Source: an uncultured virus (IMG/VR IMGVR_UViG_3300029305_011567) (lineage: Duplodnaviria; Heunggongvirae; Uroviricota; Caudoviricetes). From it: DNA of 64,000 bases. The DNA lies in IMG/VR virus record IMGVR_UViG_3300029305_011567; one strand, given 5' to 3'. The notes under the pieces are model-generated. The model was given only the letters and a program-made list of their open reading frames with translations. It did not search any database and had not been told where the DNA came from. Both the position numbers and the translations under genes were made by a program. Positions 10,487 to 20,122 of the stretch are shown here, piece after piece. The stretch's first letter is position 1. Each line of letters opens with the position of its first letter.

Positions 10487-11575
10487 ATGACGAAACGCGA
10501 CAAACAAAAAAACAATAAACAAATACCGATTGTACAGATTTTGCTTATCGGTGTGTTGCTTGGCTTTGCTGTTTCATGTATTGGCATGATTATTAAGTCC
10601 CTTACCCCGGAAACACCAAAACCGGATGTACGTTTGTCGGATGATCCTATTTTCATGACTTATCAGCCATCTGAGCGTCTTCCATCCACACAGATTGTCG
10701 GCAATATCGCATTTGATATGCCCGATAATACAGAGCGGTTTGAGAATTGTGCCGTATTTATGCTGGATGATATGGTGGTGACAGCGGAGCCGAGTGAGCA
10801 GGGTATGGAAGCATATTCGCATCTGTTAATGACACGCTATTTTGGTGATGTGGCATCTGATGTTCAACCATACCATTTCAAATCCGGATATTTGAATGGT
10901 TTTCGCGCAGAGTGTAGTCTTTATTCTTTTGCTTATAAAGAACATACCGTTTATACAGCCACGTATTGCTTATATACGGATGGTGAAAAGGCCGTCTATG
11001 TGAGCGTCTATGGTAAAGAGAATAACTACGACACGCTCATTGAACTGGCGTGTGAAGTAATCCATACAGCCCAAAATGCATCTGCAATAGAAGTACCGCA
11101 GGTAAGTGTTACTCCAACAGTAACACCAAGTCCTGCTCCAACTGTTGAAGAAATTCCCGAAGAAACGGAAACCGTTTTGGAGAATGAAGAAGTTGACAAT
11201 ACGCCTGTAACATATAACAGCATTGGTGAGGTTGATTTTGAAGTTATTGAAAATGCATATTACGAAACGATGCTTGTTATATTCCAGTATGAGTGTAGCA
11301 ATATTACGCCGGTGGAGTGCTATATGCAATCACCGGACAAAAAAAGGACTTATCAGCCTGTTTCCATGAATATTGGAAACAGTGGGGAAATTATCTTTGA
11401 AATACCTTACCCGGAATCCGGCATATGGCAGATTCATTACCGCACAAATTCGGAATACTTAGGCTATGTTTACGTTTACAGTTATGAAAAAGCGCAGTAT
11501 GAATACATGCAGGATGAAGACAACCAACCGGCACGCGGATATGCCGAGGATGAGTTAAATGATGGAACAGAATAA
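10487..11575 (+). CDS. Membrane-anchored protein, paralog of 9450-10484
   Basis: N-terminal TM, GYLNGF motif, PT linker, C-terminal GIWQIHY domain. Confidence 0.65.
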   Translation: MTKRDKQKNNKQIPIVQILLIGVLLGFAVSCIGMIIKSLTPETPKPDVRLSDDPIFMTYQPSERLPSTQIVGNIAFDMPDNTERFENCAVFMLDDMVVTAEPSEQGMEAYSHLLMTRYFGDVASDVQPYHFKSGYLNGFRAECSLYSFAYKEHTVYTATYCLYTDGEKAVYVSVYGKENNYDTLIELACEVIHTAQNASAIEVPQVSVTPTVTPSPAPTVEEIPEETETVLENEEVDNTPVTYNSIGEVDFEVIENAYYETMLVIFQYECSNITPVECYMQSPDKKRTYQPVSMNIGNSGEIIFEIPYPESGIWQIHYRTNSEYLGYVYVYSYEKAQYEYMQDEDNQPARGYAEDELNDGTE

Positions 11576-13673
11576 CCAAATGGAGCAGATGCTTCAAAAG
11601 GAACTGAAAAAGGCGGGAAAAAAACTTGCGAAAAAAGCCATACGGAGCGTACTTGCAGTTCTAAGTGTCCCTCTTACTATTATAGCGCTTTGTATTCTGG
11701 TTGTCGTAGTGTTAAATAATGCACCTGAATACTATGGTGATAAATGCGGAAAGTGGTTTTCAGAAACCTTTGGAACCATGGACGATAGCTCATTAGCTGA
11801 GTACGGGTTGAGCCGTGATATGATTACGGATGAGTATGTCGCATCCATGGCCTATGCAAATGATATTGACATTATGACACACCTGTTTACTTATGCGCAG
11901 GAAGATATTACATTCGGCACATGGCAGATGGATTATACTGACTTGATGCGTGTTATGGATGCTGTTCGTGAGGAAGATAATTCGCATTTGCAGGAAAGAA
12001 CTGCCCGTTACTCTTATTATGAAATCGGTCCCGAAAACGCGTTCGGTGTTCCGAGTATAACTGAGTACGAAGAAGAGATTACGTTTTCCCTCGCAGATAT
12101 TGAACTGGAGGGGGAGCAGAACGGTACATATGCTTACCAACTGCGGTGGCAGGAAGTAGCTGCCTTATGTTTAATGGCTTCAGTTCAAAATAATGATGAA
12201 TGGGGCTACAAATATGAGGAGGAGCCGAATGAAAACGGGTTCTTTTCATTCCTTGGTTCCACGCCAACAGACCGCTATTTTTTAAGCGACGATGTAATTG
12301 ATGGAATTATCAATACGGTTAACTATGACTTTTCCTATCATTACAATCCGATTAAAGATAGTGTGGAGCACTACGCATATGATGATATGGAAAAGTATGC
12401 TTATTATTTAGTAGGAGATTCTTTAGAATTTGAAAGTGAAGAGGAGTCTGGAGAAGAAGAATCAGACGATGCCGAAGCAGCCGAAGAAGAGGACACTCAT
12501 GCGGATGCTGAAACTGGTGAATCAGAGGAAGATACGCAGGAGGAACAGGATAGCTGGCTTACATCTTTGATAGGAAGAGAAGGGACTTATAAAAAAGTAC
12601 CGGCACTAGCGCCATCCTTTATCGGTAATACCTATATGACAATCACCTATCCGCTTGATAGTAATAACATGATTAACAGCCGTGTTGTCAGTTACCGGCC
12701 GCACATGTTTGTGCAGACCATATCGCAGTATATACCGGATTTTCGGTTTGACATGTATCTTGATATTCTGCGTCAGTTTCCAATGAGCGATGACCTTGTT
12801 GCGAAATACGAATTATTGTATGAACAGTATAAGACTACCAAAGACGATAGTGAGGTAGAAGCACTTTATCAGACAACCTCATATGAATTTCCAAGTAAAG
12901 GTGTTGTGATCGGTAGTGAGTGCCGTTCCCTTACCGCGGGTGACTTTGAGTATATCCAGGATGAAAATGTTTATGCAATCTGGTTTGTCGGAGTTGATGA
13001 GAGTAGCCGTTATGGAACGGATGGTAATGGTGCCTATATTTACATATCCCGTTCTGCCATGGAAGATTCGTTATTAGTGTCGGATAATCTGACCGTTGAG
13101 CAAATTCAGGTGCTTGTAGACGATATGTATGCCAATGCGCGGGCAACGAACAGTAGATTTGACTGTGCTGCATTTTTGGATACCGCAGAAGGACTTTACC
13201 GTGCGCAGGAGGAATTTGGTGTATCTGTACTTGGTATTTTGTCGATTATCAAAATCGAAGGAACGTTACATGAGTATCTAGGACAGTATGGATACAACTA
13301 CTTTAATTACGGATGTTATGAAGGCGGAGTTCCGTTTACATCGCATGGTAATAGTAATGGTAGATTTTTGGATTGTAAACAGACGTATGGGGATGATCCA
13401 TCGGAATGCATTTATCAAATTATCAAAAAGATATATAAATTTTACTTTTGCGCCGGGCAAGATACCTTCTATAAGATGTGCTTTAACAACTATGTGGAAG
13501 GAGAACTTGGAACCATTAGGCACAGCTGGTGTCCGCCGTGTAGTGGGGAAGATTTGTCCATATCCCCGCCGGGTACGCCGCCGGAGAGTTTTCGTTGCTG
13601 GTCCAATGCATGTGCATCGTATCGGTTGTCCTTTTACCGCAAATGCATCGAGTATGGGTTTTTTAGTGAATAA
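11559..13673 (+). CDS. Membrane-anchored protein with C-terminal glucosaminidase/lysozyme-like domain (putative conjugation cell-wall hydrolase)
   Basis: TM after basic N-terminus, acidic linker, AQEEFGVSVLGILSIIKIEG...YNYFNY motif. Confidence 0.55.
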   Translation: MMEQNNQMEQMLQKELKKAGKKLAKKAIRSVLAVLSVPLTIIALCILVVVVLNNAPEYYGDKCGKWFSETFGTMDDSSLAEYGLSRDMITDEYVASMAYANDIDIMTHLFTYAQEDITFGTWQMDYTDLMRVMDAVREEDNSHLQERTARYSYYEIGPENAFGVPSITEYEEEITFSLADIELEGEQNGTYAYQLRWQEVAALCLMASVQNNDEWGYKYEEEPNENGFFSFLGSTPTDRYFLSDDVIDGIINTVNYDFSYHYNPIKDSVEHYAYDDMEKYAYYLVGDSLEFESEEESGEEESDDAEAAEEEDTHADAETGESEEDTQEEQDSWLTSLIGREGTYKKVPALAPSFIGNTYMTITYPLDSNNMINSRVVSYRPHMFVQTISQYIPDFRFDMYLDILRQFPMSDDLVAKYELLYEQYKTTKDDSEVEALYQTTSYEFPSKGVVIGSECRSLTAGDFEYIQDENVYAIWFVGVDESSRYGTDGNGAYIYISRSAMEDSLLVSDNLTVEQIQVLVDDMYANARATNSRFDCAAFLDTAEGLYRAQEEFGVSVLGILSIIKIEGTLHEYLGQYGYNYFNYGCYEGGVPFTSHGNSNGRFLDCKQTYGDDPSECIYQIIKKIYKFYFCAGQDTFYKMCFNNYVEGELGTIRHSWCPPCSGEDLSISPPGTPPESFRCWSNACASYRLSFYRKCIEYGFFSE

Positions 13674-13682
13674 AGGTGAGAT

Positions 13683-13973
13683 ATGCTAAACACATTATCA
13701 AAAAAAGAAGTTATTAGGGTACTAAGTCAGGAAGAAATACAGATGCGGATCTTTTTCTGCACACCGCTTTCCCATGAAGATATTGCAGTTATTTTGCGGA
13801 TATTGAAAGGAGAGAGTGGTTTTATCGCTGACTTAAACCATATACGAAAGATTGTAGAAATCTTAGAAGATGAATCTTTACAGAACCGCTTGAGCGCACT
13901 TAGCACGTTAACAAAGAAGAATTTTATGGATATCATTTCCGACTTAATTTGCTATGTGCATGATCATTTGTAA
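13683..13973 (+). CDS. Hypothetical protein
   Basis: RBS AGGTG; followed by hairpin. Confidence 0.55.
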   Translation: MLNTLSKKEVIRVLSQEEIQMRIFFCTPLSHEDIAVILRILKGESGFIADLNHIRKIVEILEDESLQNRLSALSTLTKKNFMDIISDLICYVHDHL

Positions 13974-14279
13974 AAAGGTAAGCAAATGCTTGCTTTTAAT
14001 AGAAATTTTTTTTATATCGTGTAAAAACTTCCTCTAATTTTGGTAAGTTCACGGTTTATCCCGCCCCGTTCCACTTTTTCGGATGCCTAACGGCAGGGGC
14101 AGGGTAGCTACTCTTATTTTCTTTCTTTCCTCATTGCTTCGCAGGCGGCTCCTCTAAGGAGTCGCCGGGGGCGGCTGCGCCGTTCGTTAGAACGGTGTAT
14201 TCCACGCGAGGGGAGCAACCAGAAGCGTGAGATTACTAAAATTAGAGGTAGGTACTAACCGATAGAAAGGAGTTACCAT

Positions 14280-14588
14280 ATGAAACAGCCTTATAACCGA
14301 ACACAGGAGATTTGCAATATCCTTGACAGTCATGGTTTTTTGCATTCTTTAAAAGGATACAACCATATCCGTGATGCCATTTCCATCTTAATCGACCATG
14401 AGGAATTTACATCACTGGCACAACTTTATCGTCACATGGAGGAAAAGGGGATTGCAAAAGCAAGGGCATTATCACCCTGCATTACCTATACCATGGAGAG
14501 AAGCAACTGCACCCTTCACGCAAAAGAACTGATTTTCAGCGCCGCAAACAGGCTCCGCATTAAGGAATCTATGAACAAGGTTTGTTAA
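14280..14588 (+). CDS. Stand-alone Spo0A C-terminal DNA-binding-domain homologue
   Basis: LKGYNHIRDAI...LY...AKELIFSAANRLR resembles the Spo0A_C motifs IKGY.YLREAI and EFIA..AD.LR; no receiver domain. Confidence 0.7.
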   Translation: MKQPYNRTQEICNILDSHGFLHSLKGYNHIRDAISILIDHEEFTSLAQLYRHMEEKGIAKARALSPCITYTMERSNCTLHAKELIFSAANRLRIKESMNKVC

Positions 14589-15023
14589 CTGCACCACAGT
14601 TTTTGATATATTTTATTCTATGGAGGAAATCAAGAAATGAAGAAAACAGAACTGATTGATGCAATGGCAAAAGAGTCCGGACTGTCCAAAAAGGACACAT
14701 CCGCTGCGCTGGATGCGTTTGTAAAGGTGCATGTAGGAAAAGGGGATTGCAAAAGCAAGGGCATTATCACCCTGCATTACCAATACCATGGAGAGGAGCA
14801 ACTGCACCCTTCACGCAAAAGAACTGATTTTCAGCTTCGCACACAGGCTCCGCATTAAGGAATCTATGAACAAGGTTCATTAACTGCACCGCAGTTTTTG
14901 ATATATTTTAATCTATGGAGGAAATCAACTATGAAGAAAACAGAACTGATTGATGCAATGGCAAAAGAGTCCGGACTGTCCAAAAAGGACACATCCGCTG
15001 CACTGGATGCGTTTGTAAAGGTG
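14435..15023 (+). repeat. Tandem ~295-bp duplication (14435-14729 and 14730-15023)
   Basis: Two near-identical copies spanning the Spo0A-like 3' half and the HU 5' end. Confidence 0.9.
14637..14858 (+). pseudogene. Chimeric truncated HU (first 31 aa) fused to out-of-frame sequence
   Basis: N-terminus identical to HU at 14931, then reads into duplicated Spo0A-like DNA. Confidence 0.75.
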
Positions 15024-15206
15024 TTAAGTGAAGACTTAAAAGCCGGTAACAAAACCCTGCTTTCCGGTTTCGGAACCTTTGAAACCGCAAGAAGAGAAGC
15101 AAGAACCGGAAAAAATCCGTTAACCGGTGAAACTATTACCATTGCAGCATCCACCAATGCCAAGTTCAAGGCCGCAAAAGCCTTAAAGGAAATGCTGAAT
15201 GCATAG
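14931..15206 (+). CDS. hup: HU family DNA-binding protein
   Basis: MKKTELIDAMA...GFGTF...R.GKNP.TGE.I.I. Confidence 0.95.
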   Translation: MKKTELIDAMAKESGLSKKDTSAALDAFVKVLSEDLKAGNKTLLSGFGTFETARREARTGKNPLTGETITIAASTNAKFKAAKALKEMLNA

Positions 15207-15449
15207 TCCTTTGTAGTGGCATAGTTTGTATTTTTATTTGATATGTTATGCAGATAATACCATAAAATTGAAACTACTAATAAATCCCTACTGTGTGTGT
15301 AACACACACTTTCTCCTTTTTATCTGCATTTCATATAGTGCGAAAGCACAACCCATGTGAAAAGCGGTGCATTATAGAAAAAAACCACAAAACTTTTTTC
15401 TGTGCAACCTGAAAGTACTTGCACCGCTTTTCCCCTTTGAGGAGTTATT

Positions 15450-16082
15450 ATGAGTTCGTTTGATACTGTCTATGATGATTTTAATAACCGTATGGATGAA
15501 CAGGTTAGTAATACGCTTATCTTTGAACCGTCTTGTGAACACAAGGTTTTAAGTACGAAGCTGATCTGTAAGGAAATTTCCTATATTCTCACCTATACCA
15601 GTGCAACAGTGTATATTTTTACGGAAAAACGCAACATGGACCATTTTTACCCGGTTTGGTATGATTCCGTGCATATCCATGCGTTTGAAGAATTAAAAAT
15701 ATATATGCAGTCTTTTTTAGAACCACAGGATAAAACCGTCTGGATTTATCTGGATAAAGGATGGGAACGGTCACAAGCCTTTGATAAGGGTGATATGATA
15801 TTTCTTTTTGGAACCGCTTGTGTCAACCACGTAAAGCTGACGGCCGTTATGAATGATTTTTGTGATATGGCAAAAGAGCTTTTAAGTCTGGTACAGGCTG
15901 TTATCTTCCTTGGGGATGGTTACTTCCTTGAGGATGCACATTTCCAACAGCTAAATCAGTCCAAGCGTCCCAGTGAACTTGTGCTTGCACTGATTGAAAA
16001 ACACTTTTTAACCTACCGCGACTGGCTGAAATTAGAAAACGCGCATCCGGATTCTGTTTATGTCAAACGTATCGGCTTTTAG
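15450..16082 (+). CDS. Hypothetical protein
   Basis: GAGGAG RBS, 210 aa ORF. Confidence 0.6.
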   Translation: MSSFDTVYDDFNNRMDEQVSNTLIFEPSCEHKVLSTKLICKEISYILTYTSATVYIFTEKRNMDHFYPVWYDSVHIHAFEELKIYMQSFLEPQDKTVWIYLDKGWERSQAFDKGDMIFLFGTACVNHVKLTAVMNDFCDMAKELLSLVQAVIFLGDGYFLEDAHFQQLNQSKRPSELVLALIEKHFLTYRDWLKLENAHPDSVYVKRIGF

Positions 16083-16142
16083 CCCTTTTTTACGGAAAAA
16101 AAACGTTTTTTACTTGCTTTTTTTGCATAAATGGTTCATAAT

Positions 16143-16294
16143 ATAGTTATCTTCTATTCATGTTAAATGACTACGCCGCCCCATAAGGCGCAATTTTGCT
16201 AATTCCTACTGGTTAGGTGGTGTTGGATAATGGAGGATAGTATTTTTGTTTCACGGTTTGCATGATTGCACATACGAAAGTATGTGCTTTTTTT
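16143..16294 (+). ncRNA. Candidate structured small RNA, copy 1
   Basis: TTGCTT-17-CATAAT promoter (16114-16142), terminator 16268-16294, homologous to 30467-30614. Confidence 0.55.
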
Positions 16295-16348
16295 GTGCCC
16301 TGAAACCAGCTATAAATGATAAAAAATCTTATAAAAGGAGGTATGCGT

Positions 16349-18229
16349 ATGGAAACGCAGTTATCTTTTATGGAACTGTATGATTTGTTCGTGGCTGTGC
16401 CACCAGCAAAGCCAAAACGTAACACACGTTCCGTAAAGAAAAAACAGCCACCAAAGGCTAAAGAGCTTGTTCTTGATGAATTTACCAAAGAATGTCTGGA
16501 CAATAGTGAGGAATATCTGTTTCGCGGAAACCGGCTTATCAGTATCGCCAAAGAAGCGTATGAAAAGAAACTTCTTCATTATTCCGTTACGGACATCGAA
16601 AAGAAACTGGCTTCACTGGAACTTAATGGCGATATCGAAATGGCAGTCGATTTGATTGCAAAAAAAGTGGTTCTGCCCTTTTTAAAGGCAATCCAGACAG
16701 CGGAAGATGCAAGTAATTGTCCGCTTCTTTCCTGTTTTGACGAGTCCTTGTCCGTTAAGTTTACTTTTCCTTTAAAAGCCGGGGATGTGTTTGGTGGCGG
16801 TTGTGTCCCGGAAGGGGGCTACCGATTCTCCAAAAAAGAGCCTGCACTCATTGGTGTTACGGTTTCTGAATACGGAACAGACATTTTTCACACCATTGGT
16901 CTGAAGAATGTCCGGATGCCGAAGCGGTACCACAATGCCGTGTATACCAAAAACCCGCTTTCCCTTTGTGATATCTCAACCCTTCTTGCGTATCTGATTG
17001 TTATTTCCTATGCCCATAAGGAACTTACTTCCATGGAAGATATTTTTTCCTCGGAGTTTGCAACCTACTTAAAGGTCAAACCATTTGATGTGTTCTATCA
17101 TCCTATGGTTGGAAAATCAGACGAAGATAAGGCGTGTTTTTACACGAAAAAATGGTATCTGAACCCTTTAAATGTCGTTGAGGAGGAATACCGGTCATTT
17201 TTTGACCTGTTGCTTGAGTCCATCCGGGCGACAAGGGGTGTGGAAATCGAGGTATTAGAAAATGTGATGAAGCACAAACAAATCAATGATACTTATGCTG
17301 AAATGGCAGATGTGGAAGATCGGAGCAATGTTCCGGTCTTTTTTGATTCCTGGAACTTGAATTGTCTTGCTCCACTTCATTTTCTGGAATTTTACGATTA
17401 CGCCACTAAGAAGTTTGGAAAGCCGTATCGCGTCAGCTTCCGAAGTTTTTTAAAAACGGCAAGGGCGGGTGTTTATTACCCTATGCCTACGGAAAACTCC
17501 GCGTACAGACGGTGCCTGTTCCATATCTTTTTTTACTGGCAGGAGCGTAAAAAGGAAATGGTAAGTGCCGCACGTTATCTGGCTGAATTAAAGGGCGAGT
17601 ATACCCGTTCATATGAAACCTTGAAAACTCACTCAAAAAAGATGCTTGCAGAAATGCAGACAAGTCCTTTGAATGAGTATTTTGGTTTCGTGGAACTGGA
17701 TGAAGATGTTGACCTTGAGAAGTACAAAGAGATTATGAAACAGTTTATCGCATGGAAAAACCTTATGGTTCCGTTTGTGGATGCCAAGGACAATGCGATC
17801 CGTTTTCGTAAACTCGGCAATCACCACGCAAGCGGTCTGTATTATCCGTTTATCCGGTGTATGTGCGTTGATTATCGTACCTGTACCAGCTTTGTTCATG
17901 AATTTGGACACCTGATGGACCACATGTATGATGATTTATCGTCAAAGACTGATTTTTATGCGGTGAAAACACTTTACAAGGAACGTCTGGAAAAAGTAGC
18001 AGAAACAACGACCTTTAAAGGAAAGTACAATCTTTCCTATTATTGTATGCCTACGGAAATTTTTGCACGTAGCTTTGAGCTTTACAACGCAAAGGTTAAA
18101 GGCATTCATAATTCCCTGCTGCCAATCGAATATAGTTCGGTTTATCCGCAGGATGAGGAGTTTTTATCTGCGGTTTCTATTTATTTTGATTCGTTGTTTG
18201 AATCATTATCTAAGAAGAAGGAGGATTGA
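16349..18229 (+). CDS. LPD1-type (polyvalent-protein-associated) zincin-like protein
   Basis: HEFGH metal motif and downstream Y..PTEIFARSFE motif. Confidence 0.65.
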   Translation: METQLSFMELYDLFVAVPPAKPKRNTRSVKKKQPPKAKELVLDEFTKECLDNSEEYLFRGNRLISIAKEAYEKKLLHYSVTDIEKKLASLELNGDIEMAVDLIAKKVVLPFLKAIQTAEDASNCPLLSCFDESLSVKFTFPLKAGDVFGGGCVPEGGYRFSKKEPALIGVTVSEYGTDIFHTIGLKNVRMPKRYHNAVYTKNPLSLCDISTLLAYLIVISYAHKELTSMEDIFSSEFATYLKVKPFDVFYHPMVGKSDEDKACFYTKKWYLNPLNVVEEEYRSFFDLLLESIRATRGVEIEVLENVMKHKQINDTYAEMADVEDRSNVPVFFDSWNLNCLAPLHFLEFYDYATKKFGKPYRVSFRSFLKTARAGVYYPMPTENSAYRRCLFHIFFYWQERKKEMVSAARYLAELKGEYTRSYETLKTHSKKMLAEMQTSPLNEYFGFVELDEDVDLEKYKEIMKQFIAWKNLMVPFVDAKDNAIRFRKLGNHHASGLYYPFIRCMCVDYRTCTSFVHEFGHLMDHMYDDLSSKTDFYAVKTLYKERLEKVAETTTFKGKYNLSYYCMPTEIFARSFELYNAKVKGIHNSLLPIEYSSVYPQDEEFLSAVSIYFDSLFESLSKKKED

Positions 18230-18233
18230 GCTT

Positions 18234-19217
18234 ATGAGTAAAAAGTTCGTCAAAGACCTCGTTGTCGGTGAGTCCGTCAGCGACGTTTTTATTTTAACTG
18301 CTTTATCAGAAGATAAAAATGGGGATTACTCCATTACACTGTCTGATAGAACAGGAACCATTAACGGTTTACTTCCCAAAAACTGTTTTTCGCGGGGCAT
18401 GGAAACTTTTGTTGATGCACCGGTTATGTTTTGCGGTATTGTTACCAACATGGGTAAATCACCCTACTTAAAGTGTCGCAGCCTGGCAATCGCTACAAGC
18501 TACAAGATGTCAGAGCTGATGGGTGGTTTATCTTCCGCAAAAAAGGAAGAGTATATTGCGATTATCCGCTCTATTCAGGAGTACATTAAAAACCCGCATT
18601 ATAAATCGCTTGTCGATGCGTGTCTGACGGATGAGGTGCTTAATTCATTAGCAGCTCTGCCCGCCACACTTGCATCTTACGGTAGATATGCGGGCGGTGC
18701 GCTTGCTTCCTGTGCCATTGTCGCTGACATGGCAGTTTACGTCGGCAAAATCTACGGAAAGTTGGGAAATGGTATTTATACCAGAGATTTTCAGTGGAGT
18801 TTGCTTCTGACAGCAGCGCTGCTTCACACCTTCGGTAATATCAAATATATTGCTAACGGTGTTCCTTTTCGCAAAACAGATGTTGGTAATTCCATGGGGT
18901 TGTTGGCAATCTTACAGCATTCCTTACAGGAAATTTGTGTAAGCAAAGGTCTTGAGATTACCAACGAGGAATTTGCCGACCTTATTAACACACTTCATGC
19001 AAGTATCTATTATACGTCCAGCATTAAGGCCGTAAACAAAGAGGGTGTTATGCTTCGGCATATCATTTCCCTTTATAACGAGTGTGATGTGTTTGATTGT
19101 GAGGTGGCAAATGCCGATTTCAGCGAAAGTAAAACCGCATGGAGTGGAAAGTTACAGCGTTCAATACAGGCAGAACCTTTGTTTGAAAACACAAAGGAAA
19201 AGCAGGATGGGAGGTGA
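18234..19217 (+). CDS. YhaM/Cbf1-like OB-fold + HD-like protein, HD motif degenerate
   Basis: LSDRTGTI OB motif, PA....YAGG, LLHTFG instead of LLHDIG. Confidence 0.7.
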   Translation: MSKKFVKDLVVGESVSDVFILTALSEDKNGDYSITLSDRTGTINGLLPKNCFSRGMETFVDAPVMFCGIVTNMGKSPYLKCRSLAIATSYKMSELMGGLSSAKKEEYIAIIRSIQEYIKNPHYKSLVDACLTDEVLNSLAALPATLASYGRYAGGALASCAIVADMAVYVGKIYGKLGNGIYTRDFQWSLLLTAALLHTFGNIKYIANGVPFRKTDVGNSMGLLAILQHSLQEICVSKGLEITNEEFADLINTLHASIYYTSSIKAVNKEGVMLRHIISLYNECDVFDCEVANADFSESKTAWSGKLQRSIQAEPLFENTKEKQDGR

Positions 19218-19222
19218 GTGCC

Positions 19223-20119
19223 ATGTATGAAAATGATTTAAGGGATGTTTTGGCTCTGAATACCGGCGCACTTATCATCGGTCAGCAGGGATTACCCATG
19301 CTTGATGATGTGCTTAGTTATATTGCGGAAAAGCTGAACTTTAAAAAGGAACGGCTTTCGCAACATCCGGACTTTCTTATGGTTGGTCCGCAGGATGGTA
19401 AAAAGAGCATTGGCGTGGATATTGCGGACTTACTGGTTCGTAAATCACTTTACGCGCCTACCATTGCAGATACCATTTACCTTGTGGTGGATGGTATCGA
19501 CCTCTTTACAGAACAGGCACAGAACCGTGTCTTGAAGCTGTTTGAAGATGGTGTAAACGTCACTGTCATTGCAATTTCATACGGTGGCAGGTTATTACCT
19601 ACCATCCGTTCACGTCTGCTTACGTTTCGGTATCATAAGTTACCGTACAGTGAGTTTGAGAAGTATTGTAAAGAACATAGTGTTGAACACCCGAAGCTGT
19701 GGTATTACATTTGCGATGGCTGCCCGACACTCGTATTAGAATTACTTCCGCTTGCTGAACTGTTTTTGTCTTTGAAAGATGCAGTTGACCGTGAAGATGA
19801 AAAAGCCGTGTTTCAGGCATTGTCGCTTGTGAAAGAAAAAGACACGGCTACGGAGCGGTACTCTGGACATTACGCACAGATATTTCATCTGCTTGCTAAC
19901 CTGTATCTGGAAAAGCTCACTTTATGGCTGGCAAACGAAAAGCAGCTTGAACGTGACAAGGGACTTCTTGTTACACAAAACCATATGTCATGGGAGCATT
20001 TGCGCTACTGCGTGGAACTTTGTACGCAGAACCGGTCACGTTGTTTGATGACCTCTTATACGAAAGATAATTTCTTTCTTGCCATTTGCTCACTGTTTCA
20101 TTATAAGAAGGAGGATTAG
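19223..20119 (+). CDS. holB: DNA polymerase III delta-prime-like clamp loader subunit
   Basis: HPDF, AQNRVLKLFED, LLPTIRSR. Confidence 0.75.
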   Translation: MYENDLRDVLALNTGALIIGQQGLPMLDDVLSYIAEKLNFKKERLSQHPDFLMVGPQDGKKSIGVDIADLLVRKSLYAPTIADTIYLVVDGIDLFTEQAQNRVLKLFEDGVNVTVIAISYGGRLLPTIRSRLLTFRYHKLPYSEFEKYCKEHSVEHPKLWYYICDGCPTLVLELLPLAELFLSLKDAVDREDEKAVFQALSLVKEKDTATERYSGHYAQIFHLLANLYLEKLTLWLANEKQLERDKGLLVTQNHMSWEHLRYCVELCTQNRSRCLMTSYTKDNFFLAICSLFHYKKED

Positions 20120-20122
20120 GTT

